Of a stretch of DNA of 64,000 nucleotides, positions 50,965-60,056 are shown in pieces. Made by a program: the position numbers and the translations under genes. Location: assembly GCA_051883055.1 (NCBI GenBank), contig JBJESZ010000012.1:6844-70843 (forward strand). Reading direction: 5' to 3'. The notes under the pieces were generated by a model. It was not told the origin of the DNA and ran no database searches. It saw only the letters and a program-made list of their open reading frames with translations. This DNA is from Emergencia sp. (GTDB lineage Bacteria > Bacillota > Clostridia > Peptostreptococcales > Anaerovoracaceae). Positions within the stretch are counted from its first letter, which is position 1. Every line of letters begins with the position of its first letter.

Positions 50965-52089
50965 TTATAAGTTTTTCAATATTGCTTCAAAAAGCTTTAC
51001 TCCCTGGATAATAACGGAGTCATCCATATCATAGTTCACACTGTGAAGAGGGATTCCGCTCCCGGTTCCAAGGAAGAAGAATATGCCGGGCACCTTTTCC
51101 TGATAGAAGGAGAAGTCTTCGGCAATCATAACAGGCTTATCAAGCTCTTTATAACCCAGTTCGTCGAGGTATGGAATAATCCGTTCGTAGAGGGCTGGGT
51201 TGTTTATTACTGCAGGATGATATCTTACAATTTCCGGCCTTACTGTAACTTCCATTTCTTTGTAAATCTCATCAGAAATTCTGTCCATTTCTCTTATTAT
51301 GCCGTTCCAGGTATCTTCACTGAAGGTTCTTATGGTTCCCATAAGCTCTGACTTAGGCGAGATAGCATTTCTTACCGTTCCACTTGTCAGCTTGCCAAAC
51401 CGGATTATGCAGCTGTCATCTTCTCTATTGCAGAAGTCGTATATTTCCGATATGAATTTTACTGCAGCAAACATGGCATCACGGCCTTTCCACGGTTCTC
51501 CGCAGTGTGCACTTACGCCATCAAAACTGACATCCACGGATGTGGACTTTGCCATCATAGGACCGCTGATAGATGAAATCTGACCCTTCGGAAGGGTTGG
51601 CCAGTTGTGCAGACCGAAAACTGATGACACATTGTATTTTTCTAAAAAGTCGGTCTGGCATATTTTCAGTGCACCATCTATTGTCTCTTCCGCAGGCTGG
51701 AAAAGAAGCACTGCATTGTGTGAGGGAGAGAAACCTTGTGATTTCAGCTCTTCGATCAGCTCTGCAAAACCCAGCATTATGGCCATATGAGAGTCATGTC
51801 CGCATGCGTGCATTTTACCTTCATGTCTGGAGATAAATGGAAGCTCGTTAACCTCCTGAATGGGCAGAGCATCCATATCACATCTGAAACAAAGGGCATC
51901 GTCTCTGCCAAAATCAAAAAATGCAGCGACACCATAGCCTGCAATATCCTCCATACCACATGACAGCTTTGCAAGAACCTTCCTTATATATGTACCTGTT
52001 TCAGGTAAGTCAAAGCTTAATTCCGGAATCTGGTGAAGATCCCTTCTGTATTTTATTATTCTTTCTGATATTTCATTGTAGTCTTTCAT
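50965..52089 (-). CDS. M20D amidohydrolase
   Basis: RRDLHQIPEL, RCDMDALP, MHACGHD, FQPAEE, AEDFSFY, LH; start moved to ATG 52089. Confidence 0.92.
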   Translation of the reverse strand: MKDYNEISERIIKYRRDLHQIPELSFDLPETGTYIRKVLAKLSCGMEDIAGYGVAAFFDFGRDDALCFRCDMDALPIQEVNELPFISRHEGKMHACGHDSHMAIMLGFAELIEELKSQGFSPSHNAVLLFQPAEETIDGALKICQTDFLEKYNVSSVFGLHNWPTLPKGQISSISGPMMAKSTSVDVSFDGVSAHCGEPWKGRDAMFAAVKFISEIYDFCNREDDSCIIRFGKLTSGTVRNAISPKSELMGTIRTFSEDTWNGIIREMDRISDEIYKEMEVTVRPEIVRYHPAVINNPALYERIIPYLDELGYKELDKPVMIAEDFSFYQEKVPGIFFFLGTGSGIPLHSVNYDMDDSVIIQGVKLFEAILKNL

Positions 52090-52184
52090 GTAATTCACCT
52101 TCCTCTGTACATATTTTAAATCTAAGTAGCGATTCAGTCAAATTGTCTTTGAATAACAAAAAATTTGTGTTAAAATAGTGTGGT

Positions 52185-53045
52185 ATGAAGAATTTTGAGA
52201 AAATTAAGCGAAAATGGAAACGACAACTGAAAAAAAAGATGGACCAGACAAGGGCTTTTGTGAAAAAGGTGCTTATAGGAACGCTTGTTATCGCTGTTGC
52301 TATTGCTGTTATTTTTTGTATTCTGCATATAAAAAGCTCCACGTATGACGGACTGGATGAAGAATCGGAATATGAGGCATCACCATATAATATGGAATAC
52401 CTGTATTCAGGAATGAACGGGAAAATTTACGATGATGGGGTTTATTCGTCCAGTAAGGGCATAGATGTTTCGGTTTTCCAGGGCGACATAGACTGGAAAA
52501 AGGTGAAGCAGGCAGGTGTGGATTTTGCAATGATAAGACTTGGCTTCAGAAGCTCGTCTGACGGGATTATTCACATGGATGCCAATTTCAAAAAGAACCT
52601 CAGAGGTGCAAAGGCTGCCGGAGTAGATGTAGGAGTTTATTTCTTTTCCCAGGCAATAAATGTAGAGGAAGCCATGGAGGAAGCAAAATTTGTGCTTAAG
52701 CATATACGTTTTCATGGAATAAGGTATCCGGTTGCTTTCGATATGGAACCTGTGGATAGTGAAGGCAGAATTGCAGGTCTGAGCAGAGAAGAGAAAACTG
52801 AAATTGCAGACGCTTTTTGTCAGGTTATCCAGTCAAACCGGTTCAAGCCTGTTATTTATGGCAATCCTACATGGCTCAGAAAGAATATCAATCTTGATTA
52901 TCTGACTGAGTATGACCTTTGGCTGGCTCACTATACGGACGCTACTGATTTTTCCAATAAGTTCATCATATGGCAGTATACTGATTCCGGGAAGATCGAC
53001 GGGATCGACGGATACGTGGATTTAAACCTGTATTTTAAAAAATAA
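52185..53045 (+). CDS. Membrane-anchored GH25 muramidase (lysozyme)
   Basis: N-terminal TM; GIDVSVFQG, GVYFFSQA, FDME, WQYT, VDLN. Confidence 0.9.
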   Translation: MKNFEKIKRKWKRQLKKKMDQTRAFVKKVLIGTLVIAVAIAVIFCILHIKSSTYDGLDEESEYEASPYNMEYLYSGMNGKIYDDGVYSSSKGIDVSVFQGDIDWKKVKQAGVDFAMIRLGFRSSSDGIIHMDANFKKNLRGAKAAGVDVGVYFFSQAINVEEAMEEAKFVLKHIRFHGIRYPVAFDMEPVDSEGRIAGLSREEKTEIADAFCQVIQSNRFKPVIYGNPTWLRKNINLDYLTEYDLWLAHYTDATDFSNKFIIWQYTDSGKIDGIDGYVDLNLYFKK

Positions 53046-53062
53046 AGAAAGAGGATAGAGAT

Positions 53063-53926
53063 ATGAAAATAAAAGATATTTTTAACGGTGAAAAGACAGT
53101 ATTCTCCTTTGAAGTTTTCCCGCCCAAGAGAGATAATTCAATAGATACAATTTATAAGACGCTGGACGAGCTTCAGGATTTGAAGCCGGATTTTATCAGT
53201 GTTACATATGGTGCAAGCGGAAGCCTGATGGACAACTCAACCTGTGAAATTGCTTCTGCTATCAAAAACAAGTACGGATTGCTTTCTGCTGCGCATCTTA
53301 CATGTGTAAATTCAACGGAAAGCGAAGTGAGACAGGTGCTGCAGAGGCTTTCTGAAAGCGGTGTAGAGAACATACTGGCATTAAGAGGAGATTATATTCC
53401 GGATGTTGCCCCAAAGGAAGATTTCAAACACGCAAGTGATCTGATTGAGTTTATTAAAAAAGAGGGATACGACTTCGGTATTTCCGGAGCATGCTATCCG
53501 GAAGGACACCTTGACAGTGAGAATCCTGTTGACGATATCAAGAACCTGAAAAAGAAAGTTGATGCAGGTGCCGAGCACCTTATCTCACAGCTCTTCTTCG
53601 ACAACAGAATCTTTTATGATTTCGTTGAAAAAGCCAGAATTGCAGGAATTGATGTTCCAATTGAAGCAGGAATCATGCCTGTTGTAAACAAAAAGCAGAT
53701 TGAACGTATGGTATCACTTTGCGGAGCAAGCCTGCCATCCAAGTTTACAAGAATGATGTCGAAATACGAGAATAACCCTGAAGCCATGAGGGATGCGGGA
53801 ATCGCATATGCAGTTAACCAGATTGTAGATCTTGTTTCACATGGCGTTGATGGCATACATTTATACACTATGAACAATCCGTATATTGCACGCAGAATCA
53901 GTGAGAGTGTAAGAAGCCTGTTTTAA
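53063..53926 (+). CDS. metF: 5,10-methylenetetrahydrofolate reductase
   Basis: FSFEVFPPK, ISVTYGA, AHLTC, LALRGD, CYPEGH, SQLFFD. Confidence 0.96.
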   Translation: MKIKDIFNGEKTVFSFEVFPPKRDNSIDTIYKTLDELQDLKPDFISVTYGASGSLMDNSTCEIASAIKNKYGLLSAAHLTCVNSTESEVRQVLQRLSESGVENILALRGDYIPDVAPKEDFKHASDLIEFIKKEGYDFGISGACYPEGHLDSENPVDDIKNLKKKVDAGAEHLISQLFFDNRIFYDFVEKARIAGIDVPIEAGIMPVVNKKQIERMVSLCGASLPSKFTRMMSKYENNPEAMRDAGIAYAVNQIVDLVSHGVDGIHLYTMNNPYIARRISESVRSLF

Positions 53927-53956
53927 TGGGTTTTGATACGGGGAGAGGAGAAAATA

Positions 53957-56356
53957 ATGAACAAGCTGCTTAATCTTTTTCCTGAAGACAGAGAGTTCAT
54001 CTTCCTGGACGGAGGACTTGGAACCATGCTGCAAAAGGAAAACTTTGATATAGGAAGGATACCTGAGGTTCTGAACATAACTCATCCGGAGGTAGTGCAG
54101 AAAATACAGAAAATGTATGTGGATGCAGGCTCTGACATAATTAATACCTGCTCCTTCGGAGTAAACGATTACAAGATAGACGGCTGTGGATACTCTGTTG
54201 AGGAGCTTATTCAGGCTGCTGTCAGAAATGCAAGAGAAGCTGTGTCAGGAACTGATACCAAGGTATCCCTGGACATCGGACCTATCGGAAGGCTGCTGGA
54301 GCCCAACGGCAATCTGCCGTTTGAAGAAGCCTATGAGATATTCAAACGCCAGATTCTGGCAGGTAATGGTGCTGATTTAATAACTATAGAAACGATGACA
54401 GACCTTTATGAACTGAAGGCAGCACTTCTGGCTGCCAAGGAAAACTCTGACCTTCCGGTTATCTGCACAATGTCTTTTGAGGCAAATCACAGAACTTTTA
54501 CCGGTACAGAAATCAGTTCTATGGCTTTAACTGCTGAAGGGCTGGGTGCGGACGCAATAGGTGTAAACTGCTCGCTGGGTCCTGCCGAATTTCTTCCGCT
54601 TATTGCTGAGCTGAGCAAGTGGACCAGACTTCCAATTGTATCTAAAGCCAATGCAGGACTGCCTGACCCTGAAACAGGATGCTATATTACAACAGCTGAA
54701 GAGTTTGCAAGGGATACGGCTGCTCTTGTTCCGTATGGAGTTAAGCTTGTAGGTGGATGTTGCGGTACCACACCGGAGTTTATCCGTGCTGTCAGAGCTG
54801 AACTTGATGAAATGAAGTATTGTCCAAACAATCCTGTCATTCCTGCGGCAGTATGCACACCGGAGAAGACTGTTATAATTGACGAACCCAGAATAATAGG
54901 TGAAAGACTGAATCCTACAGGAAAGAAAAAGTTGAAGGAAGCACTTAAAGAAGGGGATATGGACTATATTCTAAACCAGGCAGCTGATCAGATCAGAGAC
55001 GGTGCTGAGATTCTTGACGTTAATACGGGCATGCCTGGAATTGACGAAAAATCAGTTATGGTTAATATTATCAAAGCCCTTCAGGGTATAACTGACACCC
55101 CTCTACAGATTGATTCAGGAAATCCGGAGGTAATTGAAGCGGCTCTCAGAGTGTACAGCGGAAAAGCCATAGTAAACTCTGTAAGCGGAGAAGAGGAATC
55201 GCTTTCAAAGATTCTGCCGTTAGTAAAGAAATATGGCGCAGCAGTGGTTGGACTTACTCTTGACGATGACGGAATCCCTAAGACAGTTGAGAAGAGGATT
55301 GAAATTGCAAATAAGATTCTTAACCGTGCACTTGAACTCGGGATTCCAAAAGAGGATGTATATATTGACTGCCTGACTCTTACGGTATCGGCTGAACAGG
55401 AGAATGCGGCAGGAACTCTGAAGGCAATAAGATATATAAAGGAAGAAATGGGACTGAAGACGGTCCTTGGAGTATCCAACATTTCTTTCGGTCTTCCAAA
55501 CAGACCCCTGATAAATCACAATTTCCTTCAGATGGCCCTGACGTGTGGGCTGGATCTCCCTATTTTGAATCCGGGAGCTCCCGATATGGTTAGAGCAGTA
55601 GATGTATACAAGCTGATACACAACATCGACAGGGGTGCTAAAAACTATATTGAAAAGTACAGCGAAGAGCTTTCAACGGCAGGCAGCGGTACGAAAAGTG
55701 CAGCTCCTGCCGGCAAAAAAGATATGACAGAAGAAAGTGAACTCGAATATGCGATAATGAACGGTCTGACCGGAAAATGCAGAGAGCTCACTGAGAAGGA
55801 GCTTGAGAACAACAGTCCGGATTATGTGATTAATCAGGTTTTGATACCGATACTCGACAAGGCCGGCAAGGAGTTTGAAATCGGAAGTATATTTATTCCT
55901 CAGCTGATGCTTTGTGCCCAGACGGCTCAGGCTGCCTTTGACGTAATTAAGAAAAATGTGGAAGGAAGCAGTCAGACTGAAAAATGTCTTGGCAAAATAG
56001 TAATTGCAACCGTAAAAGGTGATATTCACGACATTGGAAAGAATATTGTTAAAGTAATTCTTGAGAACTACGGATACCGGATATTTGACCTTGGAAAGGA
56101 CGTTGACCCTGAGGTAATCGTTAATGCTGTGGTGGAAGAAAAGGCTGAGCTTGTAGGTCTGTCAGCTTTGATGACAACCACTCTTGCAGGTATGGAAGAG
56201 ACAATAAAACTTCTCCATGAGAGGGCACCGAAGTGCAGAATTATGGTTGGAGGAGCAGTACTTACTGCAGATTATGCAGAGAAAATCGGTGCAGATTTCT
56301 ATGTAAGAGATGCCAAGGCATCTGCAGATGTGGCGAAGGCTGTCTTTAAAGGTTGA
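53957..56356 (+). CDS. metH: Cobalamin-dependent methionine synthase without a reactivation domain
   Basis: LDGGLGT, GVNCS, GGCCGTTPE (homocysteine domain), IIGERLNPTGK (folate domain), GDIHDIGKN (B12 domain); ends after the B12 domain. Confidence 0.92.
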   Translation: MNKLLNLFPEDREFIFLDGGLGTMLQKENFDIGRIPEVLNITHPEVVQKIQKMYVDAGSDIINTCSFGVNDYKIDGCGYSVEELIQAAVRNAREAVSGTDTKVSLDIGPIGRLLEPNGNLPFEEAYEIFKRQILAGNGADLITIETMTDLYELKAALLAAKENSDLPVICTMSFEANHRTFTGTEISSMALTAEGLGADAIGVNCSLGPAEFLPLIAELSKWTRLPIVSKANAGLPDPETGCYITTAEEFARDTAALVPYGVKLVGGCCGTTPEFIRAVRAELDEMKYCPNNPVIPAAVCTPEKTVIIDEPRIIGERLNPTGKKKLKEALKEGDMDYILNQAADQIRDGAEILDVNTGMPGIDEKSVMVNIIKALQGITDTPLQIDSGNPEVIEAALRVYSGKAIVNSVSGEEESLSKILPLVKKYGAAVVGLTLDDDGIPKTVEKRIEIANKILNRALELGIPKEDVYIDCLTLTVSAEQENAAGTLKAIRYIKEEMGLKTVLGVSNISFGLPNRPLINHNFLQMALTCGLDLPILNPGAPDMVRAVDVYKLIHNIDRGAKNYIEKYSEELSTAGSGTKSAAPAGKKDMTEESELEYAIMNGLTGKCRELTEKELENNSPDYVINQVLIPILDKAGKEFEIGSIFIPQLMLCAQTAQAAFDVIKKNVEGSSQTEKCLGKIVIATVKGDIHDIGKNIVKVILENYGYRIFDLGKDVDPEVIVNAVVEEKAELVGLSALMTTTLAGMEETIKLLHERAPKCRIMVGGAVLTADYAEKIGADFYVRDAKASADVAKAVFKG

Positions 56357-56381
56357 CTTTTGCAGATTGAATTGATACACT
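56353..56381 (+). promoter_or_regulatory. Sigma-A-type promoter of sstT
   Basis: TTGACT-17 bp-TACACT with extended TG. Confidence 0.55.
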
Positions 56382-56417
56382 AGAATGAGTTTGTACATAC
56401 TTAGGAGGTATCATTTA

Positions 56418-57629
56418 ATGAAAGACTTATTGAAGGCCTGGAATAAGCTTAGTCTGGTAGTTCAGATTGCTATCGGTCTGGTAATCGGTATTATTCTTGC
56501 ACTTACCTTACCGGACAAGGTATCCGGAATTACCATTTTCGGAAGCTTGTTTGTAGGCGCACTGAAGGGTGTTGCACCTGTTCTTGTATTCTTCCTTGTT
56601 ATGTCTGCTATTTCGCAGCATAAGTCGGGACAGAAGACTAACATGAAATCGATTATTGCTCTATATCTTGTTGGAACATTTGCTGCAGCATGTATTGCTG
56701 TTATAGCAAGCTTTGTTGTTCCACAGACACTGACTCTGACAGAAGGTGTCAGCGATATTGCTCCGCCTAGCGGAATTTCAGAAGTACTTCAGACATTAGT
56801 GTTCAATATGGTAAAGAATCCTGTTGACGCACTGCTGAATGCAAATTATATCGGTATTCTGGTATGGGCGATTCTGTTAGGTATCGCTCTGAGACATGCA
56901 GCTGAAGGCACTAAGACAGTTATTTCTAACGTGGCAGATGCAGTATCTCAGGTTGTAAGATGGGTTATCAGATTTGCGCCTCTTGGTGTAATGGGTCTGG
57001 TATTTGATGCTATTGCAACAAGCGGTATAGAAGCGTTAAAGAGATATGCGGGACTTATCGTTCTGCTGGTAGCTGTTATGCTTGTAGATGCGCTGATCGT
57101 AAATCCGATTATTGTATTCTTCATGACAAGAAAGAATCCTTATCCTCTTGTTTTCAAGTGTCTGAAGGACAGTGGAATTACAGCCTTCTTTACCAGATCA
57201 TCAGCTGCTAACATTCCTGTTAATATGAGACTCTGCGATGAGCTGGGGCTGGATAAGGATACTTATTCAATTTCAATTCCTTTAGGAGCTACAATTAACA
57301 TGGGTGGAGCCGCAATTACTATTTCTATCCTTGCACTTGCGGCAGCGAATACTCTGGGAATTTCCGTAGATATTCCAACTGCGATTATTCTCTGTGTATT
57401 ATCAGCTCTGAGCGCATGCGGTGCATCCGGAGTTGCAGGCGGTTCACTGCTTTTGATTCCTCTTGCATGCTCGCTGTTTGGTATTCCGAATGATCTGGCA
57501 ATGCAGGTTGTAGGTGTAGGCTTTATCATCGGTGTTATTCAGGACTCCTGTGAAACTGCACTTAACTCATCAACTGACGTTCTGTTTACTGCAGCTGCAG
57601 ATATGGCTAATAAGAGAAAGAATAAATAA
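56418..57629 (+). CDS. sstT: Serine/threonine:Na+ symporter SstT
   Basis: [61 protein letters not shown]; start moved to ATG 56418. Confidence 0.95.
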   Translation: MKDLLKAWNKLSLVVQIAIGLVIGIILALTLPDKVSGITIFGSLFVGALKGVAPVLVFFLVMSAISQHKSGQKTNMKSIIALYLVGTFAAACIAVIASFVVPQTLTLTEGVSDIAPPSGISEVLQTLVFNMVKNPVDALLNANYIGILVWAILLGIALRHAAEGTKTVISNVADAVSQVVRWVIRFAPLGVMGLVFDAIATSGIEALKRYAGLIVLLVAVMLVDALIVNPIIVFFMTRKNPYPLVFKCLKDSGITAFFTRSSAANIPVNMRLCDELGLDKDTYSISIPLGATINMGGAAITISILALAAANTLGISVDIPTAIILCVLSALSACGASGVAGGSLLLIPLACSLFGIPNDLAMQVVGVGFIIGVIQDSCETALNSSTDVLFTAAADMANKRKNK

Positions 57630-57657
57630 TAACACAATAACATGTTAAATTGAAAAG

Positions 57658-57700
57658 ACGCCTGAGGCAGTGATGAAGCCTGCCCCAGGCGTACTTTTTT
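57658..57700. terminator. Terminator after sstT
   Basis: acgcctgaggcag...ctgccccaggcgt followed by a T run. Confidence 0.75.
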
Positions 57701-57709
57701 CTACTGGTT

Positions 57710-59170
57710 TTATTTATGTTTCTGGTTTCTCAGGAAGGTAAGAATAGTTCCTGTATACCTTTCCAGCCTGTCAGAATTAAGGTTTACACAGATTATATCG
57801 GCTTTTTTATTGTACTTAACTATATAAGATGCCACAGATGGAGCGGCTGATTCGGTGAATTCCAGATCCTTGCCGGAGTACATTCTGAATGCTTCCTTAA
57901 TCTGTGATGGAAGAGTGGAGTCATCAGATATTTTCCAGCTTGCCTGTTCCCCCTTCTTCTTATACTTGATGTTTGACAGTCCGCAGATTGTCTTATATGC
58001 TGTATCAATTTCGGTAAGGGATGAGGCCTCCAGACTGTTTCCGGAAGCTAAAACAGTATAATGACCGTCATTTTCAGATACACTGCCTATATTTGTAGCC
58101 GATACAGTTTTATCATCATTATCCTTGTAATATACTCCGTCAAGAAGGGTATACAGAACGCTCACGAACTCATCAGCATCACTTTGCTTCATAACCCTCT
58201 TTGGAAGCTTTACTTCTTCATATCCTATTTCAACCGCAGGATACTTTTCTGTTCTTTTTTCTTTATACTTCTCAACATAACTGTCCAGTTTATTTGAGAA
58301 CTTCTGGAAATCATTTTCATTTATAACTATGGTTGTACTTGCCTCTGATGGGAGAGTGCTGCCGCTCTGACCCCCCTGGAAGTCTGCAAGTTCGTAAATA
58401 TATGCGTTTGTTTTGAATGAGGCCAGCAGATTTCCCAGCTCCTTTATAGGGTTAGGGTAGGAGGATACCAGCGTAGGAACCCCGCCTGGAAGACCTTTAA
58501 TATAGATCTTTATTGCCATGTTTCCTTTTGGTTTGGATGTGGAGTATTTTTTTGTAAACTCGTATGATGAGCTTCCACCTGTTTTGGTTGACCAGAAATT
58601 ATTACTGTTACCATTTACGCAGATGATATTGCAGCTTCCCTTAATGTAGTCCTTGTCCAGTGCCTGGATGCCTTCAAAGCTGTTTTCCGTATTATTTACA
58701 AAAATAATCCTCAGCTTACCTGTATCACCGTTATTTTTTGCCAGATACAGCGAAAGCGCCATCGGCGCGATGCATCCTTCAAAGTTATCTACATTGTAGC
58801 TGCAGACAAGAACTGTAGGCTTAGCCTTTTTGTAGTCTTTGCCTGCAGGAATATTCATTATAACATTTCCGGCATCGTCCGCTTTACAGGAAACCCCCTT
58901 GGCCTTTGCCCAGTTGGTAAGATACTGTGTAACTGCATCAGGAGAGGTCATGCTGTCTTTAGAATCCTCCAGATCCGTGGCATATGCCAGGGTTTTTGTT
59001 TCAATAGATGTTTTTTCTGACAGAGCCTTCTGCTTGCTGCTGTATTTAAAAGCACCGACAACTGCGGCAACCAAAACCATCAGAGCAAGGATAATCAGAA
59101 TGACTGTTCTGCGGCTTATTTTCTTGTTGGTTTTGATAAGCAGGCCCTTTCTGCCTATTACTAATTTCAT
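57710..59170 (-). CDS. Membrane-anchored degenerate PepD/M20C dipeptidase-like protein
   Basis: N-terminal signal anchor; DDAGNVIMNIPA...PTVLV, KGLPGG, NPIKELG..L and TNIG echo PepD, but the metal ligands are absent. Confidence 0.6.
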   Translation of the reverse strand: MKLVIGRKGLLIKTNKKISRRTVILIILALMVLVAAVVGAFKYSSKQKALSEKTSIETKTLAYATDLEDSKDSMTSPDAVTQYLTNWAKAKGVSCKADDAGNVIMNIPAGKDYKKAKPTVLVCSYNVDNFEGCIAPMALSLYLAKNNGDTGKLRIIFVNNTENSFEGIQALDKDYIKGSCNIICVNGNSNNFWSTKTGGSSSYEFTKKYSTSKPKGNMAIKIYIKGLPGGVPTLVSSYPNPIKELGNLLASFKTNAYIYELADFQGGQSGSTLPSEASTTIVINENDFQKFSNKLDSYVEKYKEKRTEKYPAVEIGYEEVKLPKRVMKQSDADEFVSVLYTLLDGVYYKDNDDKTVSATNIGSVSENDGHYTVLASGNSLEASSLTEIDTAYKTICGLSNIKYKKKGEQASWKISDDSTLPSQIKEAFRMYSGKDLEFTESAAPSVASYIVKYNKKADIICVNLNSDRLERYTGTILTFLRNQKHK

Positions 59171-59288
59171 AAAATTATGTTTACTCCTTAAAAAAAATCA
59201 TTTATAATATAACACAAAGGTTATGTCAATTGTAGGGTTTTCACGAAAACTTCACATAATTATTATTTTGCGTACAGGAGAAAAAATT

Positions 59289-59825
59289 ATGGAATCTAGG
59301 AATATTATTCTGAGAGAAACAGTTTTTGACGATTGCAGGTACTTTGCTGAATGGGAATGCAGACCTGAGGTCACAGAGTTTTTTACTATGGATGAGGGCA
59401 GAAACTACGAAGATATTGTTACAGAGTTTGTAAAATACAATATGGATCCTACCAGAAAACAGTTCACCATAACGTTAAAGCCGGGAGAGAAGCCTATTGG
59501 AAGAGTGTACCTTTCCAGAATAAACAGAGCAGAGGATTCTCTCGATATAACCAGAATATATATCGCTGATCCTGAGAACAGACATAAGGGCTATGGAGAG
59601 GAAGTACTGCGAATGATTCTACAGTACGCATTTATTGATCTTCATATGGAGAGAGTTACTATAGATCACTTTGAGAAAAATAAGGTTGCAGCGGCACTTT
59701 ATGAAAGCATCGGTTTTAAAAATGAGGGCCTGATGAGAAATGCCGGAAAAAAGGACGGAAAGTATGTAAATCTTCAGCTGAAATCTATGCTGAGGGCAGA
59801 ATACTATGACAAGATTCATAAATAG
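59289..59825 (+). CDS. GNAT acetyltransferase (RimJ/SpeG-like)
   Basis: RHKGYG, NKVAAALYESIGFKNEG; start moved to ATG 59289 (SD AGGAG). Confidence 0.88.
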   Translation: MESRNIILRETVFDDCRYFAEWECRPEVTEFFTMDEGRNYEDIVTEFVKYNMDPTRKQFTITLKPGEKPIGRVYLSRINRAEDSLDITRIYIADPENRHKGYGEEVLRMILQYAFIDLHMERVTIDHFEKNKVAAALYESIGFKNEGLMRNAGKKDGKYVNLQLKSMLRAEYYDKIHK

Positions 59826-59886
59826 GAAAAGTTTTCATATTTTCCAAAAAAACCTGTAGGCATTTGAATTGCTGAGTATAATGCGG

Positions 59887-59915
59887 ATACTGACCCGAAA
59901 GGGTCAGTATTTTTT
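59887..59915 (+). terminator. Intrinsic terminator after the GNAT gene
   Basis: atactgaccc-gaaa-gggtcagtat-ttttt. Confidence 0.85.
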
Positions 59916-59936
59916 ATATTTTTGATGATTTAAAGG

Positions 59937-60004
59937 TTGACCTGTGGGTATAGAAATTGTATAATTTGAAAGTACAAACGTAACAACAACACAATATATT
60001 GTAT
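59937..60004 (+). promoter_or_regulatory. nrdD promoter and NrdR box
   Basis: TTGACC-17 bp-TATAAT (59937-59965); ACACAATATATTGTAT (59989-60004) fits the NrdR consensus acaCwAtATaTwGtg. Confidence 0.8.
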
Positions 60005-60056
60005 GATTTATTTTTTATTGACTTTATGAGTGTGAAATGAAAAGAGGAGAAATGTA

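Noticed and set aside
52185-53045. Prophage endolysin
   Set aside because: It has an N-terminal membrane anchor and no holin, structural or integrase genes nearby.
57710-59170. Pseudogene call for the PepD-like ORF
   Set aside because: The frame is intact over 486 codons with an SD and a signal anchor, which argues for a maintained protein.
59862-59915. Tiny sRNA from a TATAAT just upstream of the GAAA-loop hairpin
   Set aside because: The nearest TTGAAT is far too close to serve as a -35, and the hairpin is fully explained as the GNAT terminator.
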